DNA of 64,000 bases from Bryobacterales bacterium (GTDB taxonomy: Bacteria > Acidobacteriota > Terriglobia > Bryobacterales > UBA6623). The stretch lies in NCBI GenBank assembly GCA_963422375.2, contig OY729427.2:192001-256000 (forward strand), written 5' to 3'. Made by a program: the position numbers and the translations under genes. Of this stretch, positions 8,833 to 18,844 are shown piece after piece; the stretch's first letter is position 1; each line of letters starts with the position of its first letter. The notes below the pieces were generated by a model that saw only the letters and a list, made by a program, of their open reading frames with translations, was not told the DNA's origin and searched no databases.

Positions 8833-10779
8833 CCCGCATTATTCACGAATGCGGCGCAGGCCCATGGATCCAGTTTCCGGGCCCTCGATGGCCGCCAAAT
8901 CTGCTTCCGAAACGCCTGCGGGCGGGGCTTGCGGGGCTTGCGCGGCGTCTCGCGAGCGGCGCGCGGGCCGCGGACACCTCCTCGGCGGCACCCGCCCGGG
9001 GGGGCAGGCACGGTTTCCCCCGGCGGCGCCCGGCGCCTGCCGACACTCTCCGGATGGACCCGGCCCGGCGTCATATCGGCACGGCCCCCAAGCCCCGCGC
9101 CACCACCGCCCAGGCGTCCCGCAACGGTGCCGTCCGCGGCACTCGCAGCACGATCCGCTGCGCCGTGGCCGCGACCCGCGCCCCCGGCTTCGGCAGGCCG
9201 AGGCGCAACCCGTCCACCCGGCGCTTCCGCAGCGGCGTGTCCCGTGCCTGCCAGCGCAGTTCCTGCATGATCGCGTAGGCCGCCGCCGCGAGCGGCACGC
9301 GGAACCGGTTCGCCGCGAAGCTCGAGCGGCTGGCGCGGTCCATCCGCATCCCGTGCTTGAGCTCCTTGACGCGGTTCTCCACGTCCCCCCGCAGGCAGTG
9401 GATCCGCTCGCAGAGGCGCTGCGGGCTGCCGCCCGCGTTGGTCACCGCGTAGCGCGGGTGCCACTGCGGGGCGCGCCCGGGAAACTCGCTCGCGTCCGCC
9501 TTGACGATCGCCCGCCGCGACCGCGACCGGCGGCCCGCCCGGTAGGCGAACTGCCCGTGCAGCGGGCCCGGGCCGCTGCCCGCGTCCTCCGCGCCCGGCC
9601 GGCCCCCCTGCGTGCCGGCTCCCAGCCGCGCGTACTTCGCCCGCAACTGCTCCAGCCGGGACGGCGGGTCCCCCGCGGCCGCCGCTGCCCCGCCGCGGTC
9701 CGTGCCCGGGGTGCCGCCGGGCGCGCGCCGGGCCTCGACGGCCGCCCGCAACGGGGCCGCGCGCCGCTCCGGCACCGCGTTCTTCTGCATGCACGCCACG
9801 CACTCCAGGCCCTCGCGCTCGCCATAGGCCGGCAGCTCGTCCCCTTGGAAGCCCGCGTCCAGGCGCAGGCGCAGCGTCGCCCGTGGGAAGAATTCCCGCA
9901 GCAGCGGCAGCAAGCGCTCCAGCAGCGGCAGCAAGCCCTCCGCGGCCGTGCCCGAGCGCAGCAGCGCCGCCATGAGATGCCACTCGCGCTCGTCGTCGAA
10001 GCGCACCACGCCCGCCAGCGGCAAGTAGCAAGGCAAGTAGCAATGCGCGTCGTAGAAGCCGTTGAACAGCGCCAGCTGCCGGCCCCCGTGCGTCGGCTCG
10101 CAGGTCGGGTCGAAGTCCAGCTCGACGATGCTCGTCTCGGGGCGCCGCTCGTGCCGGCGCCGCGCGACGCAGCGGGCCGGTACCGCGGACAGCGCGCTCG
10201 GCGCGTCCGCGGTGACGGCGTTCTCGAAGCGCGACAGGGTGGGCCGGGACGGCAGGTCGCGACCCTGCCAGGGGTCGCGCCCGAGCGGCAGCTTGAACAC
10301 GGGGTCGCCGCCGAGGCGCCCGGCGTCGTTGCAGTCCTCCTAGCCGCAGGCGCGGCCGTAGATGCGCTGGCGGAGCATGTCCGCGAGGGAGTGGAGCACC
10401 TCGGAGGGCTGGCGCCGGTCGCGCAGGCAGCCGGCGAACGCCGCGGTGAGGCCGGGAGCGCGGTCGGCGGCCTCGACCGGGACAGCCCCGCCGTCGGAGC
10501 TGCTGCGCTGGTGATCGAAGCGGACGGCGACGGGGCGACGGCGCGGATTGCGGAACAGAACGCCTTGGGGGCCTGCGGATGCGACCATGTATTCATTATA
10601 AAATACCGGATGAAAACCACTTCAATATATAAACTTGGATCTCAATCGGAGCGGGCCGGGGCTGCCGCCGGGGATCGCAGGGCACTCCTAGGAGTGAGGA
10701 TCGCGCTGGACCGAGGGCCCTCACGGCCCGGGCGGAGGGCCGGACTATGGCCCTCCGGGCTACTCATGAATTATCCGGG
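8833..10779 (-). mobile_element. IS1380-family insertion sequence with both ends and a CTAG target duplication
   Basis: Inverted repeats CCCGCATTATTCACGA (8833-8848) and the reverse complement of 10764-10779, CCCGGATAATTCATGA. CTAG lies immediately outside both ends (8829-8832, 10780-10783). Confidence 0.85.
9071..10588 (-). pseudogene. IS1380 (DDE_Tnp_1_4) transposase pseudogene
   Basis: Motifs SSDGG, LRQRIYG.ACG*EDCND (in-frame TAG at 10340-10342 where GYED is expected), SRPTLSRFEN, LDFDPT..PTHG.RQ, RLDAGF, RGDVENRVKELK. Also a 12-bp duplication at 10020-10043. Confidence 0.88.
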
Positions 10780-11529
10780 CTAGGCGACCATTCAGCCAGA
10801 AAGATCGGCCGTTCCGGCTGCTGCTGGCGGCCGCCCCGGCTCTGTCGGCCCGTATCCCATCCTGACGCGGGAGCCGTTCTGCGAGAGGGAGGCCCCGGCG
10901 GCGCCTAGGACCGGTGCCCGGGGAACCGCCCGCGGTCTTACTGCGCAGCGGCACATCTGCCCTCGCTGTCGCCGGTCGCATCCCGCCGGACCGAATCGCG
11001 ATGCAACGGTCGAAAGCCTCGGCCTTCCCGAAGAGGGGGCGGGACTCCGGGGACGGCGCATCCATGGAAGGCACGAGCGACTGGAGAGCTTCCGAAATCT
11101 CGCCGTTTTCACCTGTCTCGTGTCACAGGTCCAAGTAGCGGGACGTTCGCAAGTCACCCGCAGAAGGCACTCGGGTCGCAAGGCCCTCTCTTGGCACGCC
11201 CGGGTGGAACTGCCGAGCCGGGGCGCACGGAGCCCGATGCACTGAAATCCTGCCGCATGACGCGAGCCTCGGCTGCGGCCGCGTCAAGGCTCCCATAGCC
11301 CCTTCTGCGGAGCCGTCGATCCCGCGACCTCTGTAGTGAGACGACCGCGGGAAATCTTAGCCTCGGGCCGTATCGTTCAGGATGGGAGTCGCATCGGGGA
11401 ATCATGGATTCCTGGAAGGGCGAGTCACTAGGGTATGATGCTATAGTACCTAGCCGGTCTCGGGACGGTGGACTCGCGCCCGCCCAACAAGCCTGAGCCT
11501 AAACCGCCGGAACGATGGGATCGAGGCGC

Positions 11530-14151
11530 ATGGGTCAGAGGCGGGATTGGCCTGGTTCGAAATGGTGGCGCATCGATCTCCATGCGCATTCGTTTGCGTC
11601 ACCCGACTTTCGCCCCCGTGGTAGACAGGGCGATTCTCCAAACTGGACCGCTTGGATCGAAGCAGCTCGCGACACAGGGCTGGACGCGGTAGCGGTAACG
11701 GACCACAACACGGCAAATGGCATCGAGCCGCTCCAGCTCGCCAGGTCGAACGTCGACGGAGCTCCCGTTCTTTTCCCGGGCGTCGAACTCACAGCCAACG
11801 ACGGAACACATCTCCTAATCATCTGGGACCACGCGCGAGGGCGAAGCGACGTCGAAGCATTCCTGGGGCGGATGCAGGTTAGAGGAGCCAAGCGGGACCA
11901 CCCCGAGGCACGGTCTTCGCTCAGCATTGAAGATATTCTCAGTAAATGCGACGACCAAGTTCTGGTTGTAGGTGCCCACGTCAATTCATCCAAGGGATTC
12001 CTCAAACACTCTGGACAACAGCGTATCACCGAACTGAACCATCCGAAGCTCGCCGCTGTGGAGATCGGACTAATCGGAGAATATGACGATGGTTTTCTAG
12101 ACGGAAGCCATCCTGAATTCACTCGCGACATTCCGGAAGTGTGGGGGTCCGACAGCCACTCTATAGACAGAATTGGCCACCGATTCACTTGGGTAAATCT
12201 GACTTCCCCGAATCTAGAAGGCATTCGCCTAGCGGCCCTTGATGGTTCTAATTCGCTGGTTCCTGCAGACGAGCATGACTCTCACGATCCCAACAGCAAT
12301 TTCGCGTCTTTCATGATAGAGAGAATTACTGTATATAATGGAAAGTTTCTTGCCCCTAAAGATCCTGTAACAGTCCGGTTCAATCCTTGGATGAACGCAA
12401 TCATTGGCGCGCGCGGCACTGGCAAGTCAACCCTAGTTGACCTCATGCGGAAAACCCTCAGGCGAGAGTCCGAACTCGGCGAGCGGTTTGACACAGGTTC
12501 GTTGAGAGACCAGTTTGAACGAAGGATGACAGTTTCGCGCAGCCGACGAGATGAAGGACTCCTAACAGATGAATCCAAGGTGGAGATTGTATATCGCAAG
12601 GATGAGAGCCAGTTTCTCTTATCGTGGGGACAATCCGGTGACCCGGCTCCGATCCAGCGATTGTATGGAGACAAGACAGCACAGGAGGAGGGTGATGTCC
12701 GTGAACGCTTTCCCGCAAGAATATACAGCCAAAAACAACTCTTTGAACTTGCTCAAAGCCCCAGTGCTCTACTCGCCATCATTGATGATAGCGAAGAGGT
12801 TTCCGGCACGGAGATTAGGCGTTCAATCCAGCAAAAAGAGACAGAGTTCCTATCAATTCGGTCTCAAGCTCGAGCCGCGAAGGAGCTAGCCGGCGAATTA
12901 CCGGACCGAAAAGCACACCTATCCGACATTCGCAACAAGCTGAAGGTCCTTCAAGATGGCAATCACGCGCAATCCTTGCGACAATATCGGAAGCGTCGGC
13001 AGATGGAGGCTCTTTGGAAGGCAGTTCTTGAACACGCCGAAGAACTAGTTGAGGGTGTGGGGTCCAGCGTTGATGATCTTCTAGTCTCCGATTTCGTTCT
13101 TGACTCGGAACAGAGTAATGACAGCGCCTCAGCGAACTTGCGAATCATGCATCAAGGCCTTGTGAAGGGAATTTCCAAGCTTCGCAAGACCGGAAAGGAC
13201 GCGGTCGATCAAGTAAGGGCTGATATTGCCAATATTCGGAGCAGCACCGAAGCGAGACAATGGATAAATGCGATGCAAGAAAGCGCGTCAAAGTTTCAAG
13301 AAGTAGCGGCGCGGCCAGCCGACGAAGGCATCGGTGAACGAAGCGAATACACCAATCTCCTCAGTCAGGCGACAAAGCTGGAACGGGAGATCAAGACACT
13401 TAGGGATCAAGAGGCAACAGTCATCCAACTAGAGAGTGACTCGGTTGGGGTGCTTGCGGAATGCCGTGATCTCAGGCATCAGCTTTCCGAGCGCCGCAAG
13501 CAGTTCGTTAAGAGGGTGACGAATGAGTTGATTCGGCTAGAAATCAACGCGTACAGCGATCACGAGGACTTGGAAGATTGCGTGATAAAGGCGGTGGCCA
13601 CTGATCGCTTTGAAGGGGATCGAAATAACATTGCTGATCGAATCAGACACCCAGGGGGAGATGTGTGGGATTGGGACAGGCTGGACAGCACCGTTGAATG
13701 CCTACGACAGTATGCTGAAGGGCGGGCTCAGAATTGGGAAATCAGAGACCGTCGTTTCGCAAGGGTGTTGAATGGGTTGACACCAGAAGGCCTAGACCGG
13801 CTTGTTCTGTATAGTCCGGAAGACACAGTTGTTGTGAGGTACCGTGACAAGAGCGGTGCCAAGTGGAAGCCGCTCGCGCAGGGGTCACCTGGACAGCAAA
13901 CCGCAGCATTACTCGCCTTTGTTCTGAGTTACGGAAGCGAGCCCATCATTCTTGACCAACCCGAAGATGACTTGGCCAACACACTAGTCTATCAATTGCT
14001 GGTGGAGCAGCTTAGGACTACGAAAAACAACCGCCAAGTGATCGTGGTCACGCACAACCCCAACATTGTCGTCCACGGAGACGCGGAGTTTATTCTCTCA
14101 CTTGCATCTGTAAATAGACTCTCTCAAGTGCGTTGCCAAGGTGGTCTCTAA
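11530..14151 (+). CDS. PHP-domain phosphoesterase fused to an SMC/ABC-like ATPase (Ppl/TrlF-like), truncated by a premature TAA; probable pseudogene extending to about 14286
   Basis: PHP motifs DLHAHS, AVTDHN, GVELT, GTHLL, GAHVN, GSDSH. ATPase motifs GARGTGKST, coiled coil, SPGQ, IILDQPEDDL, VVTHNPN. ATG 11530 follows GAGG; the track start is 11515. Confidence 0.85.
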   Translation: MGQRRDWPGSKWWRIDLHAHSFASPDFRPRGRQGDSPNWTAWIEAARDTGLDAVAVTDHNTANGIEPLQLARSNVDGAPVLFPGVELTANDGTHLLIIWDHARGRSDVEAFLGRMQVRGAKRDHPEARSSLSIEDILSKCDDQVLVVGAHVNSSKGFLKHSGQQRITELNHPKLAAVEIGLIGEYDDGFLDGSHPEFTRDIPEVWGSDSHSIDRIGHRFTWVNLTSPNLEGIRLAALDGSNSLVPADEHDSHDPNSNFASFMIERITVYNGKFLAPKDPVTVRFNPWMNAIIGARGTGKSTLVDLMRKTLRRESELGERFDTGSLRDQFERRMTVSRSRRDEGLLTDESKVEIVYRKDESQFLLSWGQSGDPAPIQRLYGDKTAQEEGDVRERFPARIYSQKQLFELAQSPSALLAIIDDSEEVSGTEIRRSIQQKETEFLSIRSQARAAKELAGELPDRKAHLSDIRNKLKVLQDGNHAQSLRQYRKRRQMEALWKAVLEHAEELVEGVGSSVDDLLVSDFVLDSEQSNDSASANLRIMHQGLVKGISKLRKTGKDAVDQVRADIANIRSSTEARQWINAMQESASKFQEVAARPADEGIGERSEYTNLLSQATKLEREIKTLRDQEATVIQLESDSVGVLAECRDLRHQLSERRKQFVKRVTNELIRLEINAYSDHEDLEDCVIKAVATDRFEGDRNNIADRIRHPGGDVWDWDRLDSTVECLRQYAEGRAQNWEIRDRRFARVLNGLTPEGLDRLVLYSPEDTVVVRYRDKSGAKWKPLAQGSPGQQTAALLAFVLSYGSEPIILDQPEDDLANTLVYQLLVEQLRTTKNNRQVIVVTHNPNIVVHGDAEFILSLASVNRLSQVRCQGGL

Positions 14152-14264
14152 GAACAACGCGTGCGCGATGAAATCTGTCGAGTCATGGAAGGGGGACGAG
14201 AAGCATTCACGAGACGATATCGGCGAATCATCACACGGGAGGCTACTCCGTTACAGCAGAGGTA

Positions 14265-15473
14265 TTGGAAGCTCGCATCCGCCTAGGGGAGGATTCTACG
14301 CTGGAGCTCAAGCGGGTTCTGCTAAGAGGCACTAAAGTTACAGGTCCCACGAGAAGTGACTTAGCAGATGAACTCGCTGCCATGGCCAATGCCCGTGGAG
14401 GTATCCTCGTACTAGGAGTCGACGACAAGAGTCGCCAGATTCTTGGCATGCCTGTTGAGATCCTTCAGGTTGTTGAGGAGTGGGTCAGTGAGCTCTGCAA
14501 TGACTCTATCAAGCCGCCACTTGAGGTCATCACGCGAAAAATGGAATTGTCGCGTGACGACGGAAGCCTAGGCGCAGTAGTGTGTGTCAAAGTTCCACGC
14601 AGTCTATTCGTGCATCGCAGCCCGGGCGGATATTGCAAACGAATAGGAAGTGCAAAACGAAAGATCGCGTCGGAGACTCTAGTTAGGCTAATCCAAGATC
14701 GCAGCCATAGCCAGTTGACCGGATTTGACGAGTTCCCAGTTCCCGGCGCTTTCCCTAGGGACATCGATAGTGAATTGGCCCGACGATTCTTGAAGCGGAA
14801 CACGGATCTATCAGAGACTGCATTGCGAAAGCTTGGGGTTGTCGCCGGCGACGAGGGAGGTGCAGCGAGGCTGACGGTCGGGGGCGTGCTCCTATGCACG
14901 ACGGAGCCGACACAGTATCTTCCTCATGCTCGCATTCAAGCCGTTTGCTACGTCGGAGAACGGACGGACCTGAACTATCAAGCTGACGCACGGGATTTCA
15001 CGGGCCCTATTGACGAACAAGTGATGCAAGCGTTACATTTCGCTCGCAAGAATATGCGAGTGGGAGCCGTCAAGCAGTTATCAAGGAGCGAGCGGCCTCA
15101 GTATAGCGAGCGAGCGATCTTTGAGTCTCTTGTTAACGCTGTTGTACACAGAGACTATTCAATCGCTGGTTCGCAGATCCGATTTCATATGTTTAGGAAT
15201 AGACTCGAGCTATATGTCCCCGATTCCTTGGCAAATACACTGACACTGGACAGCATGATCTATCGCCAATATTCTCGCAATCAGTTTGTAGTTTCGCTTC
15301 TGAGTCGCTGTGAAGTTCACGAAGATGAAGCCTTGAGACGATCTAGAATGATGGATCGTCGTGGGGACGGTCTGCCAATTATCCTGAATGATAGCTTGGA
15401 TCTGTCCGGACGAAAACCGCAATACACGCTCATCGACGATAGCGAGCTTCGCCTCATTATCTGGTCGGCTTAG
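14265..15473 (+). CDS. AlbA_2 (Schlafen-like) domain plus HATPase_c_4 domain protein
   Basis: Motifs EDSTLELK, AAMANARGGILVLGVDD, RIGS, then ESLVNAVVHRDYS, SRN, MDRRGDG. No obvious C-terminal HTH. The TTG start is uncertain. Confidence 0.85.
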   Translation: MEARIRLGEDSTLELKRVLLRGTKVTGPTRSDLADELAAMANARGGILVLGVDDKSRQILGMPVEILQVVEEWVSELCNDSIKPPLEVITRKMELSRDDGSLGAVVCVKVPRSLFVHRSPGGYCKRIGSAKRKIASETLVRLIQDRSHSQLTGFDEFPVPGAFPRDIDSELARRFLKRNTDLSETALRKLGVVAGDEGGAARLTVGGVLLCTTEPTQYLPHARIQAVCYVGERTDLNYQADARDFTGPIDEQVMQALHFARKNMRVGAVKQLSRSERPQYSERAIFESLVNAVVHRDYSIAGSQIRFHMFRNRLELYVPDSLANTLTLDSMIYRQYSRNQFVVSLLSRCEVHEDEALRRSRMMDRRGDGLPIILNDSLDLSGRKPQYTLIDDSELRLIIWSA

Positions 15474-16164
15474 GGAGAGCTTCTACGCTACTCGAGTCGG
15501 GAGTCGCATGTGCAAGGCTAGCGGGAACGTCTAGGACAGATGTGGTGTCTTTGTCGCGTTGAGTTGGCTCAGAACATGCCGGCCGCTGCGTCTGTTACGG
15601 TAGATTCCTTCAGGAGCTGACGTTGTGAGCTTGGAGAGAGACCCGCCTTGACCGACTTGGGCCGAACCTAGGGACTAGCGCTGGATGTGGAGGTGAAGGC
15701 GATCACGCCTAGCCGTCGATGCGCTGGGCTGAGGAGCGTGGCATCGATCAACGTCAACAGGCATGCCCAGAGCATCGGCTGTACGAACGCTGAGGTGCAT
15801 CGACCGCTCGACCGGCGTCGCAGACCGAGGATTCAGAGAGCAGCATCCCTTAGCGTCGGTTACGCCAAGTGGCGTTGTCGTCACCGCTCGGGATTGCTGG
15901 TATTCCGTCGGCGACGCCAACGCGAGACTCCTTCAGGCGGCTGGGCAAACCGGTTCGCACGGGGCCGCCAAGACGTCGAGCTCTCAAGATTCCCCATCCC
16001 GGCCGGTGCCGAGCCCACATTGAATCACACCATCGGCGGGTCCGAGTCCGCTGGATGCTAGGGGTCGGTCCGCGGTCCAACGCCAAGCCGATCCGCCGTC
16101 GAGCGTCTCGAAGACTCAACGGCTGCGGGTCCCCTTGGATATGCTAGACACGAAGGGGCCTTCC

Positions 16165-17418
16165 ATGCACCAGTGGATCATCACGCGCCTTGCCGGATGG
16201 GGCTTGGCTCTGGACACAGCCCGGACAGCTACCGACTTGGTGGAAGTCGTTCTCGTCGCAGGCATCGCTTGCCTAGCCTACTACCTGACCAACCGAGTAT
16301 TTCTGCGCATAATCCAGTCGGTCGCATTGAAGACGCGCGTCGATTGGGACGACAGGCTCGTCCAAGGCGGCCTGTTCCGCCGGCTGGCGCACGTGGTGCC
16401 GGCCATCGTCATCCATGTACTCGCCCCGACCGCATTCTCGACCGAGTGGCTTGTCACATGGGCCCGGCGCGGCGCCGACATCTACGCGATCCTGGCAGCG
16501 CTCGCAACAGCCACTCAATTTCTCACGGTGTGCCACGAATTCTACCAGGAACTCGAGGTCGCCCGGCGCTTCCCGATCCGCGTATACGTGCAGGTGGTCA
16601 AGATCCTGCTCGCCGCCACTGCCATCGTGCTGTGCATCTCGGTGGCGCTCGGCCAGCCCCCCCTGCTCCTGCTCAGCGGCCTCGGGGCGATGACCGCGGT
16701 GCTGCTGCTGATTTCCAAAGACAGCATCCAAGGCCTCCTTGCCGGCATCCAGCTCGTCTCCAACGATCTAGTCCGGCCGGGGGACTGGATCGAGATGGCG
16801 CAGTACGGCGCGGACGGGGATGTCGAGGACATCACTCTGCTCACCGTCAAGGTCCGCAACTTTGACAATACTATTACTTCGATTCCCTCCTACGCGTTGG
16901 TCTCGCAGAGTTTCAAGAACTGGCGCGGCATGAAGGAATCGGAAGGGCGACGCATCAAGCGATCAATCCTAGTCGATATTTCAAGCGTGCAGTTCTGCAC
17001 TCGCGAGATGATAGAGGGCCTCATGCGAATCGATCTGATACGGGACTACCTCCGAGACAAGAGCTCCGAGATGGAAGAGCACAATCTCGGCCGCAGCGCG
17101 GACGTGTCGGAGATCCTAAACGGACGCCGACTGACCAATCTAGGCGTCTTCCGACAATACGCAATCTCCTACCTGCGGGCCCACCAGCAGGTAAATCAAG
17201 ACCTCACGCTGATGGTGCGGCAACTCCAGCCGACGGAGCACGGCGTGCCGCTCCAGCTATACACATTCAGTTTGGAAAAGCGCTGGGTGCCCTACGAGGG
17301 CATACAGTCGGACATCTTTGACCATCTCTTCGCTTCGCTGCACCGGTTCGGCCTGCGGGCGTACCAGATGCCGAGCGGGTACGACGCGGCTCGCGCGCTC
17401 GCAGCGCTTGGAACCTGA
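16165..17418 (+). CDS. small-conductance mechanosensitive channel (MscS family, YbdG-like)
   Basis: Transmembrane segments, LSGLGAMTAVLLL, GDWIEM..YGADGDV, VRNFDNT, FKNWRGM..GRRIKRS, YEGIQSDIFDH. Confidence 0.93.
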   Translation: MHQWIITRLAGWGLALDTARTATDLVEVVLVAGIACLAYYLTNRVFLRIIQSVALKTRVDWDDRLVQGGLFRRLAHVVPAIVIHVLAPTAFSTEWLVTWARRGADIYAILAALATATQFLTVCHEFYQELEVARRFPIRVYVQVVKILLAATAIVLCISVALGQPPLLLLSGLGAMTAVLLLISKDSIQGLLAGIQLVSNDLVRPGDWIEMAQYGADGDVEDITLLTVKVRNFDNTITSIPSYALVSQSFKNWRGMKESEGRRIKRSILVDISSVQFCTREMIEGLMRIDLIRDYLRDKSSEMEEHNLGRSADVSEILNGRRLTNLGVFRQYAISYLRAHQQVNQDLTLMVRQLQPTEHGVPLQLYTFSLEKRWVPYEGIQSDIFDHLFASLHRFGLRAYQMPSGYDAARALAALGT

Positions 17419-17559
17419 CCGGCGACGGGATCCCCCGACCCACGTCGATGCCCGCTCGCGATACGAAACGCGACGGGCAGGGGGAGCCGTCCTCAAGCCC
17501 GCCGAGGGCGGGCCGGCAGCGGGCCGGCGTCGATGATCGCGGTCGCCGCCCCTGGCGGC

Positions 17560-18744
17560 CTATCGGAAATCGGACGGCTTGGCCTTTCGCTCGATCCAGT
17601 ATTCCGGCGGGTGGTTGTTGAATCTTGTCGGATCGAACTCGCCAACCAATTCGGATGTAGATCCTCGCTCAGGAATGGAGCCCTCTTCGCCCAGCGCCCA
17701 GAACACAGCGTTGACAAGCAATTGGCGCACTCCTTCCTCGAGCAGGTCAGTCGATGAGCCCAGTGTTGTCGAGAAGACCCGTCCCGCCGTCCCTCCAGGC
17801 AGTTGGTAGGTCTTAGTCCAGGCGATGGGCATCATCGGGTCGTTCTTGTCGTCCACGGCTTGGTCGTCAGTAGGCCGCATGCCATAGTGCGCATCCTCCT
17901 CGTCGTACTCGCCGGCCCTGGCCATCACCTTGCCAAGCACGAGCGGCTTCGAATCTCCCGGCAGGGGCAGGCGCACCGTGTACACGTCCGCGGCGCTCCA
18001 TATCGCGTCGGCGTTCACGCCCCGCATCACAGGGTGACTCTCGGCGCCGGAGGCGACGACCCCCCGCGCGGACTCGTGCTTGTGACGCCCATGATGGGCG
18101 ATCCAGCGCTCGCCAACAACCAAGCGGCCGAATCCGTCCCGCCATGCCTCCTCAGGCCCGATGTAGCCGTCGCCGTAATGGTCGTAGCTGCCCCAAGCAT
18201 CCTCCGCGATCTGCGGGGCCGCCACGCTCGACGGATCCTCGGCGTTGCGAAGCTTGCGGAGATACGCGAATACCTGTCCGTGGAGATCGTCCTGCATGCG
18301 GAAGGCGTGGGTCGCGGTACGCAACGCGATCACCGGCTTGCCGGCCGAGAGATAGCGGTCGATTGGCGCCATCTGCTCGTCCGGGAGCACTCTCCAGCGG
18401 GTCAGGATAAACATCAGGTCGGCGTCGTCCAAGCTCTCCGTACCGGGGATGTTGGTATTGACGTGCGGATTCACGATCCCGGTCTCCGGATCGACGGCGA
18501 ATAGCACCGTGCAACGGAAGCCGTGGTGAGTCGACAGCATCCGCGCCAGCATCGGCAGGCCTTCTTCCGACCGATACTCCTCGTCGCCGGAGATCAGCAC
18601 GATGTGCCGACCCGCGCCTGCCCCTTCCCCGCCCTCGTAACGAAGCAGGTATTCGGGCTCCTCGACGGGAGGCGGAGGTGACCCTCCGCAAGCAGCCGAA
18701 AGCAACAGGCAGAGAATCGCTGGAACGGAGATTCGCGCAAGCAT
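17560..18744 (-). CDS. ThuA-like / class I glutamine amidotransferase-like domain lipoprotein
   Basis: Lipobox LSAAC, HIVLISGDEEYRSEE, ALRTATHAF, PIAWTK, GRVFSTTLG. Start placed at ATG 18744. Confidence 0.8.
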   Translation of the reverse strand: MLARISVPAILCLLLSAACGGSPPPPVEEPEYLLRYEGGEGAGAGRHIVLISGDEEYRSEEGLPMLARMLSTHHGFRCTVLFAVDPETGIVNPHVNTNIPGTESLDDADLMFILTRWRVLPDEQMAPIDRYLSAGKPVIALRTATHAFRMQDDLHGQVFAYLRKLRNAEDPSSVAAPQIAEDAWGSYDHYGDGYIGPEEAWRDGFGRLVVGERWIAHHGRHKHESARGVVASGAESHPVMRGVNADAIWSAADVYTVRLPLPGDSKPLVLGKVMARAGEYDEEDAHYGMRPTDDQAVDDKNDPMMPIAWTKTYQLPGGTAGRVFSTTLGSSTDLLEEGVRQLLVNAVFWALGEEGSIPERGSTSELVGEFDPTRFNNHPPEYWIERKAKPSDFR

Positions 18745-18844
18745 GCTACCTGCCAGTCTAGCCCACGGATTGGCCGCGAACCCGCCTCCGCTCGGGCAGG
18801 GGCCGATTCTATGTCGAGCGGATGCCTGCGGAGGTTGTGGGACC

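Noticed and set aside
8849..10783. 644-aa plus-strand ORF and other long overlapping ORFs in the IS1380
   Set aside because: Arg/Ala/Pro-rich shadow frames expected at very high GC. The transposase motifs are on the minus strand.
10340..14151. In-frame TAG (10340) and TAA (14149) as signs of stop-codon recoding
   Set aside because: TAG, TAA and TGA all terminate ordinary genes here, and both cases lie in sequences with other signs of decay.
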